56,408 nt of DNA from a virus (Duplodnaviria; Heunggongvirae; Uroviricota; Caudoviricetes), in the IMG/VR virus record IMGVR_UViG_3300026549_002476, one strand, 5' to 3'. The notes below the pieces were generated by a model, which was not told where the DNA came from, searched no databases, and worked only from the letters and a program-made list of their open reading frames with translations. Positions 7,494-18,227 of the stretch are shown in pieces. Numbering within the stretch: position 1 is the first letter of the stretch; every line of letters starts with the position of its first letter. Made by a program: the position numbers and the translations under genes.

Positions 7494-10400
7494 ATGAAGG
7501 TTAGGGATCGAGTTAAAAAATTTTTTAGCTATCTAATGCTTAGCACTATGATTTTAAATCAACTTGTTCCAGTAAACGCCGCTGAGACTAATGGTGATCT
7601 ACAAAGTAGCCAAGTCACAGTTGATGTAAGAGTGGATTGGGTTGATGATGCTTGGAAGGATTCAGATGATAACAGTACAAATCGTCCTGACAGCATTAAT
7701 ATTCACATACACAATGGCGATGATACTATTGATGCAGAAGTAAAGGCATCTGATAACTGGACATACACCACAACAGTAGATAGTGATAATGGTTTAAGCA
7801 TAGATGAGGATGTTCCGGATCAGTACGAGTATAGTGGATACACAACAGAAAAGACTGATACTGGAATTTTATTTGTTTTAAATAATGCATTTATTCCAAA
7901 GACAACAAGTGTTACAGTATCAAAAACTTGGGATGATGAAGATCATCCAAAACAGCTAATCATAACTCTTGCAGGTTCAGACGGAAGCACTTATGATTAT
8001 ACACTAAGTGACGATGCCGGTTGGTCACATACATTTGAGAATCTTCCATATTGGAAAGATGGCCAAGTCATTGAGTACACATCAAAAGAATCTCTTACAG
8101 ACGATGAGAAAGATAAGTGGGTACTTGAAGATGGTGAATGGACTTCTTCAGAATCCAAAGAAGTTGAAGAGCATAATCCAAATATGAATTATGTTACTAT
8201 TAAAGGTACAAAGACTTGGGTTGATGATGATGAAGCAAATCGTCCATTAAGTATAACAGTTGATCTGTATGCAAATAATGAACCAGCTAAGGATGCTGCT
8301 GGGAATGAAATTAAACAGACAATATCAGCAGACAATGGTTGGTCTTATAAGTTTGCAGGACTTAATGAAACAGATGATAATGGAGTAATCAATTATACAG
8401 TAAGAGAAGATTCAACTCCAGATAATTACATTGTAAAGTATGATGGGTATAATATAATTAACATATATAAAGATGCAACTATTTCAATATCTGGTAAAAA
8501 AACTTGGGATGATAACAATGATCAAGATGGTAAGAGACCAGAAAGCACAAAAGTTTATGTAGTTGACTCTGAAGGTAATCAGGTTGGTGATAAGAAAACT
8601 ATTACAGCTAATGATGATTGGAGTTATACATTTGAAAATCTTCCAAAGTATAATGATAATGGTGACGAGATTAAGTATTCAATAGCTGAAGACAATATAG
8701 ATGGCTATACTACAGAGATTTCTGATTATAATATAACTAATAAGCATACACCAAGTACTTTAACAGTAACAGTTAATAAAACTTGGGATGATTCAAGCAA
8801 TGCAGATGATAGTAGACCTGAAAAAATAAATTTTGATTTGTATGCTGACACTGAAAAGATTGATACACAGACATTTGATGTTGATAGAACTTCTGACATT
8901 AGTATATATACATTTAAAGATGAAGATGGGGCAGCAAAGAATTATCCGGTTTACAAAGATGGTACAAAGATAAATTATAGCATTAAAGAAGAAGACACTG
9001 GTGGATATACTTCTACCATAGAAAAATCTGATCAATCAACAGAAAATAATATTATTTATGATGTAAATAATAAGCATGGAGTTGAGACAGTTAAAGTATG
9101 TGGTAAAAAGGTATGGGTTGATGGAAATAACACTGATGAAAAGAGACCAACAACTGTTACAATTAATCTTTTAAGAGATGGTACCAAGATTTCTTCTGTT
9201 AAAGTAGGTAGTGACAATACATTTGATTTTGGTGAGCTTCCTGCAAATTATGCAGGCAAGAAGGCAACATATAGCATCACTGAAAATGATATTGATAATT
9301 ATAAGTCTGCAATAGTTAAAAATGATGATGGTACATATACAGTTACAAATACTTATGTAGAGCCATTAAAAGTTAAGAAAGTCTGGGATGACGTTAGTAA
9401 TAAGGATGGTAAGAGACCAGACAGCATTGAGTTTAGGCTGTCAGTAAATAATGTAATTGGTGATAAGACTTACACAATGTCTAAACCAGATATTGAATTA
9501 GCTGGAAACAATAGCTGGGGAACCATTACACTTAAAGATGATGATAACAAGATAGAGTATTTCCCTGTATATGATACTGATGGAAATAAGATAGAGTATA
9601 GTGTAAAAGAAACAAATATAGATGGTTATAAAGCTATTGTAAATACTGAGGGTAATGTTATAACAATTAGAAATCAACATGAAACATCTGATGGAACAGT
9701 AAAAATTAGAAAGATTTGGAATGATTGTGATAATCATTGTAATTCTAGACCTAATAGCATAGAAATCCAAGCTTATACCTCTTCTGATGATTCTGAAAAA
9801 TATGGTGATCCAGTAAAAATAACAAAAGCAGAATTAGTTGACAAAAATGTTTGGGAGTATACATTTAATCTTAATAATGAAAATGATGTAATTAATCATT
9901 TTAAAGAAATTGAAGTTCCAAAGTATTATGATGTTGAGTATACTGGTTGGGATGATGATCATAAGGTATATACAATAACAGATAATATAAATCCTAGTAA
10001 GGTTCCGATATATGTAAGAAAATATTGGAATACAGATGAAAAATATGAACCAAGAAAAAAGGATGATGCATCTGATGAATTAAAAGCTACTAATGATTCA
10101 GTCACAATAGAATTCGACTACAGAAAAGATGCAGATTCTGAATATAAACATTATTCATATAAATTAACACCTGATACAAATTGGACTAGACTTGTAGGCA
10201 CAGATGAAGTTCAGATAGTTTGTAAGGATGGACAGCCATATATTGATGTAGCAAATATCAAAGAAGCTGAAGAAGACATTCTTAAGAAAGCTGGGTATAA
10301 GATTACTACATATACATCTTGTGATTTAAAGCAAGGTGCAGAAGGCGGTGGATTTTATATTACTGTTGAGAATAAGTATAAAGAAACAGTAGATATTAAT

Positions 10401-13400
10401 GTTAAGAAGATTTATAAATCTGTTGGAAGTACTTGTCCAACAGCAACATTTACATTAACTGCTGATGATAAGGTTGTAGATTCTTTTGTATATACAGGTT
10501 CTGATAATCGTAGTTATACATTTAAAGATCTTCCAAAATATAATGCAAATGGTAAAGAAATAGTATATGATGTAAATGAGAGCTGTGTAGATATAGCATC
10601 AACAATGATTAACAACACTGGTAAATTACAGAGTACATATACAACTTATAAAGAACGCAATGGAAACACATTCACATTTAAAAATATACAGAATTGCTGG
10701 TTGCAATTTCAAAAAGTGTTTGCAGCTCGTTATACAGTAGATAAGCCAACTGCTGTAGTATTTACAGTATATCATTATGATAATGGCAGTAAGAAGGTAG
10801 ATGGTAATGTAACAATTAATACTTCTGGAAATGGCCATGTATTTTATAATAAAGATCATTTGTTGAATCTACCAACTTTTGATAAGGATTTGAATCCTAT
10901 AATTTATTATGTATCAGAACAGCCAGTTAATAAGTGGTACTTAGATGGTTCTAATCCTTCAGATTCTGGTCAGTATATTGTACTAGGGTCTTTGGGGGGC
11001 CTGAGCAGATACATAAGTCTAGAAAATGGTTCTAATGTATGTGATGGAACAGGTTACCAATTAACAGTATATAAAGTTTGGGATGATGATCATAATGTTG
11101 TTGGAACAAGACCAGAAAGTATGAACGTTAATTATAAATATAAAGACTTATATTATGATGGCTATAAGAATTATGAAGATAAAGTATATAAAAGAAATGT
11201 ATATAGAAATAGTACATATAGTTCAGATGTTGAAGCTGTAAAATATCATTTTGATGTAAATGTTGATGCATCAGACCTTTGGGTATATAATGGTGGCTTT
11301 GGGGCTTCAACAAATTATCTCATGATACCAGATGTAAATGAGGAAGTTCCAGATGGATATATATTAGATAAAAAAATGTATAGAGTACAATTTAGCCCAA
11401 GATCTACATTCAGAGGTTCTAATGGTAATTATTATTATCAGGGTACATATTATGAAGACATTAATATAGCTCAAGAAGCTATAAATGCTGGTATAGGGTT
11501 AGGTTACGTGAGAGTAGAATGTCTGTTAATTAATAAACCAATTAAAAATTCTACTCATGTACACATTAGTAAATCTTGGAATACTGACAATAAAAATAAG
11601 ATACCAGAGAGTATAGGAGTTTCATTTATTGATTCAGATGGAAATATTAAAAAGCATATTGTATTAAGCAAAGACAGTAATTTTGCATATGACTTTTATA
11701 CTAGTAATGAAGATTATAACAAATATAAGAGTTATAATATCATAGAAGATTCTAATAATGATGGCATAGAAGATAAGCCTGATGGATTTAAATATGTAAC
11801 TTATCATCTAGAAGATGATCCAGATAAAAGCTCATATAATACAAAGCATGATTTATATTATTCTATAATTAACAGTGATACAAAAGCAGAAATTACAGAT
11901 ATAAGAGTTACAGTAAACAAAACTTGGGATGATGATAACAATAGAGATGGTTATAGACCAAAGAAGTTTAAAGTTAGTTTACAGGATTTGGATGGACATT
12001 CAATAGCTTCTAGTTATGATTATGGAGTAAAAGATGCTTCATATAACTTACATGTTAACTCATCAAAAAGTGGTTTCAATGTCGTAGAGGATTATGATAC
12101 ATCTGATAAGTATACAACAACAAAGAATATCAAAGCTAATAAAGATGCTGATGGAAATATAACTAGCTATACAGTTGATCTTAAGAATACTCACATACCA
12201 GAAAAAATTGATATTCATGTAGTTAAGCACTGGTCAGATAAAGATATCATTAAGACAAATAAAGAGTCAAAGACAGTTCGCTTGTATGCAGATGGTAAGT
12301 ATGTTAAAGATGGAAAGTTCACATACTATGAAGAGACTGGCGAGTGGGCAGTAGATTTCAATGATCTTTATAAATATCAAGATGGAAAGAAGATCAATTA
12401 CACTGTTGTTGAAGATGGTGCAAGTCATGTAAACAAGACCTTAACCAAGACGATTGTTAATCATAAGACTATTACATTCCCTGTTAAGAAGGAATGGATT
12501 GATGATAGCAATGTAGGTTTGATAAGACCTACATCAGTCACAGTTGGTTTGTTTAGAGAGGATCAAGAAAATCCGATAGCAACAGTAGAACTTAGTGATA
12601 CAAACAATTGGGAATATGAGTTTACTAAGGATTCTTCTGGAAATGCTCTTCTGAAGTATGATAACGGTACTAAAATTAAATATTATGCAAGGGAGTTGGA
12701 TTCTAAAGGTAAGCCGATTGAAGATGGTGCAATAAATGAAAGGTACAAAACAACTTATTCAGAAGATTCTAAGGTAATCACTAACAGTCTTGTTGGAAAT
12801 ATCAAAGTAACCAAGGTTTGGGATGATAATAATGATGAAAATAAGGAAAGACCTACATCAGTAAATATCAATCTTAAATCTGGTAATGATACAGTAGATA
12901 GCATTAAACTGAATAGTGATAACTGGTCTGGAGAGTTTAAGAATATTCCAATAGTTGATGAAAATAATAAATTGATTAAGTATACTGTTACAGAAGATGC
13001 TTTGAGCAATAGCAAGTATGAGTTGAAACAAACTACCGGTGATTCAATCAATGGATTTACTGTTGAAAACGGATATAAAGTTATTAAAGAAGACATATCC
13101 GGTGAAAAGACTTGGGATGATTTTGATGACTATGATAAGATAAGGCCGTCAGAAATTACAATTTACTTGTATAAAGTAGCCAGTGATTCAAAGATTGAAG
13201 TTGCACATCAGGTGGTTAAACCAAACAAAGATGGAAAGTGGCTGTATGATTTTGGTGAACAACCAGTATATGAAAATGGTAAAGAAATAACCTATAAGAT
13301 TGAAGATAGTGTAGATGGTTATGAATGTCATGCATCTAAAGGTTATGATATAGTTAATAAGCATACACCAGAGCACAAAGATACAAATATTAATAATAAA

Positions 13401-14681
13401 GTTACAGTAATTAAGATTGATGAAGATAATAATGTAATAACAAGCAAAGCTCAGTTTGGTTTATATGAAGATAAAGATTGTAACAACAAGATTTATGAGT
13501 TTGGTACTGAAAATGGTAAGTTTAATATCAGTACAGATGAACCAGTATTATTAAAGTATTTGCCAGAGTCAGAAGGTAAAGAAAATACACTTTATCTAAA
13601 AGAGATTGTAGCGCCTAAAGGATATGATATTAATAGTACAGTATTTGAAGTCAAACTTGGTATTAGCAAAGACACAACAGATAAGTTTAATACAAAACTG
13701 AATCATCTGATTACAATTAATGGTTCTAGTGAGCTAAGAGTTGTTGATAATAAACATATTGAACCAACAAAGCCTGCAACAAAGCCTGCAACAAATAATT
13801 CTACTGAACAAGCAAAGCCTGCAACAAATGATAGTAATGACAATGCATCTTATGCTTATTATACACCATCAGTTACGAAGACCGTGAATGGTTTAAAGCC
13901 TGGAGCTAATAAGTTTACATTTGTATTAACTGATAACTCTGGTAAGGAACTTGACAGAGTAACTAATGATGAAAATGGCATAGTAAAGTTTAAGACCATT
14001 ACTTATAGCAATTACAATGTAGGATCTAAATATATCTATAAGATTCATGAGATTATTCCAGATGGAACGAATGGATATGACAATCATACATATGTAATAA
14101 ATGTAACACCTAAGTGGTCTGATTCTGGTACATTTATGATTGAGACATCAACAGATGGTTATTCTAATTTCAATAATGTAATTCAGATTGATCCACAGTT
14201 CAAGTCAGTAACTGTTCAGAAGATTTGGAATGACAATAATGACCAGTATAAACAGAGACCTGAGGCAGTAAAAGTCCAGTTGTATGCAAATGGTCAACCT
14301 TGTGGTGATACGATTTATCTGAATGATGATAATAATTGGCAGTTTACATGGCCAAGCATTCCAAGCAATGATCTTGTTGGAACACCTTATAATTACACAG
14401 TAGCTGAGATTGATATACCTAAATATTATGATTCAGACGTAACTGGTGATGCAACAAGTGGATTTGTAGTAACTAATATATTTGATACTGATACTTATTT
14501 GATGAGCAACGAGAGTAATAATACAGATAACCCAAATGGTTCAGGTACAAATGATAATACAATTAACTTGAATGATTCAGATACTGGCGATAGTTCAAAA
14601 CTTGTAGATGAAACAATAATATTAATTGTAGCTCTTGCAGCTCTTGCATGTGTCCTATTTTATAAACGCAAGCATAAATAA
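7494..14681 (+). CDS. Giant Cna B-type repeat surface adhesin with SpaA-like and FctA-like domains and a sortase-type C-terminus
   Basis: Signal peptide and many 'K.W.D..N.DG.RP..I.V.L' repeats. SpaA-like IKIDED..A.FGLY..LKEIVAPKGY. FctA-like KFTFVL..TNDENGIVKF. Ends DSDTGD + hydrophobic helix + KRKHK. Confidence 0.85.
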   Translation: MKVRDRVKKFFSYLMLSTMILNQLVPVNAAETNGDLQSSQVTVDVRVDWVDDAWKDSDDNSTNRPDSINIHIHNGDDTIDAEVKASDNWTYTTTVDSDNGLSIDEDVPDQYEYSGYTTEKTDTGILFVLNNAFIPKTTSVTVSKTWDDEDHPKQLIITLAGSDGSTYDYTLSDDAGWSHTFENLPYWKDGQVIEYTSKESLTDDEKDKWVLEDGEWTSSESKEVEEHNPNMNYVTIKGTKTWVDDDEANRPLSITVDLYANNEPAKDAAGNEIKQTISADNGWSYKFAGLNETDDNGVINYTVREDSTPDNYIVKYDGYNIINIYKDATISISGKKTWDDNNDQDGKRPESTKVYVVDSEGNQVGDKKTITANDDWSYTFENLPKYNDNGDEIKYSIAEDNIDGYTTEISDYNITNKHTPSTLTVTVNKTWDDSSNADDSRPEKINFDLYADTEKIDTQTFDVDRTSDISIYTFKDEDGAAKNYPVYKDGTKINYSIKEEDTGGYTSTIEKSDQSTENNIIYDVNNKHGVETVKVCGKKVWVDGNNTDEKRPTTVTINLLRDGTKISSVKVGSDNTFDFGELPANYAGKKATYSITENDIDNYKSAIVKNDDGTYTVTNTYVEPLKVKKVWDDVSNKDGKRPDSIEFRLSVNNVIGDKTYTMSKPDIELAGNNSWGTITLKDDDNKIEYFPVYDTDGNKIEYSVKETNIDGYKAIVNTEGNVITIRNQHETSDGTVKIRKIWNDCDNHCNSRPNSIEIQAYTSSDDSEKYGDPVKITKAELVDKNVWEYTFNLNNENDVINHFKEIEVPKYYDVEYTGWDDDHKVYTITDNINPSKVPIYVRKYWNTDEKYEPRKKDDASDELKATNDSVTIEFDYRKDADSEYKHYSYKLTPDTNWTRLVGTDEVQIVCKDGQPYIDVANIKEAEEDILKKAGYKITTYTSCDLKQGAEGGGFYITVENKYKETVDINVKKIYKSVGSTCPTATFTLTADDKVVDSFVYTGSDNRSYTFKDLPKYNANGKEIVYDVNESCVDIASTMINNTGKLQSTYTTYKERNGNTFTFKNIQNCWLQFQKVFAARYTVDKPTAVVFTVYHYDNGSKKVDGNVTINTSGNGHVFYNKDHLLNLPTFDKDLNPIIYYVSEQPVNKWYLDGSNPSDSGQYIVLGSLGGLSRYISLENGSNVCDGTGYQLTVYKVWDDDHNVVGTRPESMNVNYKYKDLYYDGYKNYEDKVYKRNVYRNSTYSSDVEAVKYHFDVNVDASDLWVYNGGFGASTNYLMIPDVNEEVPDGYILDKKMYRVQFSPRSTFRGSNGNYYYQGTYYEDINIAQEAINAGIGLGYVRVECLLINKPIKNSTHVHISKSWNTDNKNKIPESIGVSFIDSDGNIKKHIVLSKDSNFAYDFYTSNEDYNKYKSYNIIEDSNNDGIEDKPDGFKYVTYHLEDDPDKSSYNTKHDLYYSIINSDTKAEITDIRVTVNKTWDDDNNRDGYRPKKFKVSLQDLDGHSIASSYDYGVKDASYNLHVNSSKSGFNVVEDYDTSDKYTTTKNIKANKDADGNITSYTVDLKNTHIPEKIDIHVVKHWSDKDIIKTNKESKTVRLYADGKYVKDGKFTYYEETGEWAVDFNDLYKYQDGKKINYTVVEDGASHVNKTLTKTIVNHKTITFPVKKEWIDDSNVGLIRPTSVTVGLFREDQENPIATVELSDTNNWEYEFTKDSSGNALLKYDNGTKIKYYARELDSKGKPIEDGAINERYKTTYSEDSKVITNSLVGNIKVTKVWDDNNDENKERPTSVNINLKSGNDTVDSIKLNSDNWSGEFKNIPIVDENNKLIKYTVTEDALSNSKYELKQTTGDSINGFTVENGYKVIKEDISGEKTWDDFDDYDKIRPSEITIYLYKVASDSKIEVAHQVVKPNKDGKWLYDFGEQPVYENGKEITYKIEDSVDGYECHASKGYDIVNKHTPEHKDTNINNKVTVIKIDEDNNVITSKAQFGLYEDKDCNNKIYEFGTENGKFNISTDEPVLLKYLPESEGKENTLYLKEIVAPKGYDINSTVFEVKLGISKDTTDKFNTKLNHLITINGSSELRVVDNKHIEPTKPATKPATNNSTEQAKPATNDSNDNASYAYYTPSVTKTVNGLKPGANKFTFVLTDNSGKELDRVTNDENGIVKFKTITYSNYNVGSKYIYKIHEIIPDGTNGYDNHTYVINVTPKWSDSGTFMIETSTDGYSNFNNVIQIDPQFKSVTVQKIWNDNNDQYKQRPEAVKVQLYANGQPCGDTIYLNDDNNWQFTWPSIPSNDLVGTPYNYTVAEIDIPKYYDSDVTGDATSGFVVTNIFDTDTYLMSNESNNTDNPNGSGTNDNTINLNDSDTGDSSKLVDETIILIVALAALACVLFYKRKHK

Positions 14682-14705
14682 TTTAACAGCAAGTTAAGGA
14701 ATAGA

Positions 14706-14739
14706 TTAAATGCTCAGTATTTGTATACTGGGCATTTAA
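14706..14739 (+). terminator. Intrinsic terminator-like hairpin
   Basis: TTAAATGCTCAGTAT / ATACTGGGCATTTAA (one G-U pair), after the adhesin stop. Confidence 0.65.
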
Positions 14740-14783
14740 TTATATAAAAGTGTATTTTAAAAAATTTTAATAGGTGTGTTGTT

Positions 14784-15296
14784 ATGAGTACATATTTTAT
14801 AATGGCTAGACTTTATAAAGATAATAAACTTAGTAGATATAGATTATTCAATATGAATAGAAATAGAATAAAAGATGTTGACTTAGATTATGTAAAAATT
14901 AACATAGATAACATTGTAAATGCTAGAATCTATAATGATGATATACATATAAATGGCGAAAATACTTATAGATTTCCAAATATAAACAATGGAATTATTG
15001 AGGCAAGCAATAGAAATAAATTATTCGTGTTCAGAGTATATAGAAATAAACATAAGAATTACTTAATTGACTGTGTAACATTGGGAGGGGCAGTTTTAAG
15101 TTTAGCATCATATGACATTGATTACTTAAATAAACATAATTTTGTAAATGTTGATATAATTGATGGAGAAGTCATAAGCCGTGAAGATAATTCTTTTGTA
15201 TTAAGAAGAACTTTTGATAAGACTTGGCTTGAAAGATTGAAGCTTAGACTAAATAAGAATGGACATAAGGAAGATAAGAGTAAAAATAAAGTATAA
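14784..15296 (+). CDS. Hypothetical protein, probably two divergent copies of the recurrent ~65-aa domain
   Basis: YFIMARLYKDNKLSRYRLFN...NIVNARIYND and KLFVFRVYRNK...NFVNVDIIDG. Confidence 0.65.
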   Translation: MSTYFIMARLYKDNKLSRYRLFNMNRNRIKDVDLDYVKINIDNIVNARIYNDDIHINGENTYRFPNINNGIIEASNRNKLFVFRVYRNKHKNYLIDCVTLGGAVLSLASYDIDYLNKHNFVNVDIIDGEVISREDNSFVLRRTFDKTWLERLKLRLNKNGHKEDKSKNKV

Positions 15297-15355
15297 GCAT
15301 ACAAATTAGCCATTTAATTAAATTTTGATATATTTAAAAAATAGGAGGTTGTCCT

Positions 15356-15700
15356 ATGGGGAATATATTCGGCAGAGATAATAATGGCAGACCATTTACA
15401 GGGAATGTGTATAATGGAAATGTGACATATTGCAGCGATGGAAATACGATGTACAATCATGGAAATGTGACATATTGTAGTGATGGCAACACTATGTGCA
15501 ATTATGGAAATACCTCTTATATGAATAATGGCGTAACTATCTATAAATCTGGAAACATGTATTTTTGTAATGGAAAAACATATCATAAAGTTGGAAACAC
15601 TTTATTTGGATCAGATGGAAGTGAAATACATGGGTATAGTATGTCAGATCAAGATGTAAGAAATATGATCTTTAGTATGAACAATAGAAAGGAGCGTTAA
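15356..15700 (+). CDS. Gly/Asn/Tyr-rich short-repeat protein
   Basis: AGGAGG RBS. GNVTYCSDGNTM occurs twice with a 15-aa period, followed by degenerate GN/G.T.Y repeats. Confidence 0.75.
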   Translation: MGNIFGRDNNGRPFTGNVYNGNVTYCSDGNTMYNHGNVTYCSDGNTMCNYGNTSYMNNGVTIYKSGNMYFCNGKTYHKVGNTLFGSDGSEIHGYSMSDQDVRNMIFSMNNRKER

Positions 15701-15701
15701 G

Positions 15702-15944
15702 ATGTCATATTTTATAAAATTCGACATGGTAAATAAAACAAAAGCCAAAAGATTGTTTAACGAGGGCAAAGATGTTTGGATCCTTCCAAGTAATATGAGA
15801 ATTGACAATATCTGGATTCAGCCAGCATTGCTAAATAAGAAAAACGGCGTTGATTTCGATACACTAGTCAATGGATACATGTACTATAACTGTAATAATG
15901 AAACTGGAAAAAACGTACATTATTTTGTAGAGTCACAAAAGTAA
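15702..15944 (+). CDS. Small phage-type conserved hypothetical protein
   Basis: AAGGAG RBS. FDTLVNGYMYYNCNNETG..V.YFV resembles a motif I recall from small phage proteins. Confidence 0.65.
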   Translation: MSYFIKFDMVNKTKAKRLFNEGKDVWILPSNMRIDNIWIQPALLNKKNGVDFDTLVNGYMYYNCNNETGKNVHYFVESQK

Positions 15945-15977
15945 GTACATTAAATATTAGATAAGCAGGTAATTAAA

Positions 15978-17288
15978 ATGCAAGCACATGCGAATAAAGC
16001 AATCAAAAATAACAATAAAATCATTGGTTATGAAATTACAGATGGTAAGAGTACAATGAGCATTAATACTCAAGCTATCTTAAATGTTATGAAAGCTGGA
16101 AAGATTACTTTTGATAACTTGCATATTGATGCTAGTGGAACTAACCTTGTAATGGATATACCAGAAGATCAGAAGAAGTTAACTGACGAACTTAATAAAG
16201 CCAGAGAGGTTTATGAGCAAGGTACAGACGAGATAATGCCAAACAGAGAGTATGATGCTAAATATGATCAGCTCAAAGAAATGGAAAAGAAGTCTGGTAT
16301 CATTGCAAAAGATAGTCCTACAGTTAATGTTGGTTATTCAACTTCTGGATCTAAGCTTCAGAAATACACATTTAAAACACCAATGTTAAGCCTTGAAAAA
16401 ACAAAATCAGTTGATGATCTTAAAACTTTCATTGGAAATCAGAATTGTGTTTTATCAACTAAAATGGATGGTTTAACTGTCGTTCTTCAATATATGAATG
16501 GACAGTTGTACAGAGCAATCACTCGTGGAAATGGTGAAGTTGGAGAAATCGTTACAGAAAATGCCAAGAGATTTGTGAATGTGCCACAGAAGATCAATTA
16601 CACTGGCAAGATGGTTCTTCGCGGTGAAGCTGTTATTAAGTACAGTGACTTTGAAAAGTTAAATGTAGACGGAGCTTATAAGAATCCTCGTAACTTATGT
16701 AGTGGTTCTGTAAGACAGTTGGATCCGAATGTTACAGCAAGTAGAAAAGTAAATTGGTTTTGTTTTGATCTGGTAGAAGCTGATGGGATGCCAAGTAGCA
16801 TAACTTATCATCAACAGTTGGATTTCTTAAAGAGCCTAGGGTTTAGTGTTGTTCCGCATACCTTTGTAAATGCATCAACAGTAGATCAGCAAGTGATAAA
16901 TTTTACTACACTCGTTAAAGCAGACGATATTCCTGCTGACGGATTGGTTATAAAGTATGACAATATAGCATATGGACTTGGACTTGGTAGGACAGCTAAA
17001 GCTCCTAAATATGCAATTGCATTTAAGTGGGAAGATGGACTTAAGGAATCTGAGTTAATAGATATAGTTTGGCAGGTTGGACGTACTGGAAAAATTACAC
17101 CAGTAGCAGTATTCAAGCCAGTAGAAATTGAAGGAAGTATCGTTCAGAGAGCAAGCTTACATAATTTAAGTATGTTGAATGAAATACTTGGACAGCCATA
17201 TGTTGGTGAGAAAGTTTATATATACAAAGCCAACATGATAATTCCTCAGATAGCACAAGCTGATAGAAAGGCAGACTTAAGATTTTAA
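15978..17288 (+). CDS. ligA: NAD-dependent DNA ligase, N-terminal half (extra N-terminal domain + Ia + adenylation + OB fold)
   Basis: EYD..YD.L (Ia), KMDG (adenylation Lys), AITRGNG.VGE.VT, RGE, NPRN..GSVRQLD, DGLVIK, AIAFK, WQVGRTGKITPVA, ASLHN, KANMIIPQI. Stops before the Zn finger. Confidence 0.92.
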   Translation: MQAHANKAIKNNNKIIGYEITDGKSTMSINTQAILNVMKAGKITFDNLHIDASGTNLVMDIPEDQKKLTDELNKAREVYEQGTDEIMPNREYDAKYDQLKEMEKKSGIIAKDSPTVNVGYSTSGSKLQKYTFKTPMLSLEKTKSVDDLKTFIGNQNCVLSTKMDGLTVVLQYMNGQLYRAITRGNGEVGEIVTENAKRFVNVPQKINYTGKMVLRGEAVIKYSDFEKLNVDGAYKNPRNLCSGSVRQLDPNVTASRKVNWFCFDLVEADGMPSSITYHQQLDFLKSLGFSVVPHTFVNASTVDQQVINFTTLVKADDIPADGLVIKYDNIAYGLGLGRTAKAPKYAIAFKWEDGLKESELIDIVWQVGRTGKITPVAVFKPVEIEGSIVQRASLHNLSMLNEILGQPYVGEKVYIYKANMIIPQIAQADRKADLRF

Positions 17289-17384
17289 AATAGCATTTTG
17301 ATTTGTAATCCTATAGATTGATTATAACTTATAAGATGATTATAATTTCATAAGAAAATAATTCAATCTAGGGAGAAAACCAAA

Positions 17385-18227
17385 ATGCATAAACATTTTA
17401 CTAAAACATCTTTAACTATATTGCCGTTAGTTGCAGCTATAACATTTTCACCTATTACTGCAAGTGCACATTCAAAAGTAATGCCAGATGGCGGTAGATT
17501 TGATGCAACATTTTATGCTGCAACTTATCCAGATGTAAAGGCAGCATTTGGAACTAATGAAAATTTACTTTATCAGCATTATTTAAACAACGGAAAAAAG
17601 GAAGGCAGACTTCCATATGATCCAAAAGAAACATCTAGTGGCTCGGTGTCAGATGATGGATTTGATCCAGTTTATTATGCACAAGCAAACCCAGATGTGG
17701 TTAAAGTATTTGGAAACAGTCCTGAAGCCCTATATAATCATTATTTAAAATATGGAAAAGCTGAGGGAAGACTTCCACATGCAAATTCCAGTTCTGTAAG
17801 TAATACAACCACAACTACAACTACTACTACTGATGTATCAAGCAAGATATTAGCTTTAAAGAGTCAGTATCCAGAAGGAATGCCATGGAGTGATCAAAGT
17901 TACACGGTTACTCTTATTAAGTCTTTGAATTTAACCGGTCTACAGTGTGCTGGGTTTGCATTTAGGATAAGCAACTTAGTTTATGGAGAAGATGCACCAG
18001 CAACTTGGTATCAAAGTTCATTAAGTTTTGATAATATACAGCCTGGTGATGCAATTAATATAGGAAACTCAGCTGGTGGTAGACATTGGGTAATGGTTAT
18101 AAGTAAAGATGCAAACGGAGTAACAGTTTGTGAAGGCAATTATAATGCATCGGTTCATTGGGGAAGATACATAACTAAGAGTTATATAAACTCAGGGTTG
18201 TACGAGATTATAAGACGAAATGGATAA
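17385..18227 (+). CDS. Secreted CHAP/NlpC-like cysteine hydrolase with two N-terminal 'FD..YYA..PDV' repeats
   Basis: Signal peptide ending ASA. Repeats FDATFYAATYPDV..HY..GKKEGR and FDPVYYAQANPDV..HY..GKAEGR. Thr-rich linker. Catalytic-type QCAGFA, RHWVMV, CEGNY. Confidence 0.7.
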   Translation: MHKHFTKTSLTILPLVAAITFSPITASAHSKVMPDGGRFDATFYAATYPDVKAAFGTNENLLYQHYLNNGKKEGRLPYDPKETSSGSVSDDGFDPVYYAQANPDVVKVFGNSPEALYNHYLKYGKAEGRLPHANSSSVSNTTTTTTTTTDVSSKILALKSQYPEGMPWSDQSYTVTLIKSLNLTGLQCAGFAFRISNLVYGEDAPATWYQSSLSFDNIQPGDAINIGNSAGGRHWVMVISKDANGVTVCEGNYNASVHWGRYITKSYINSGLYEIIRRNG

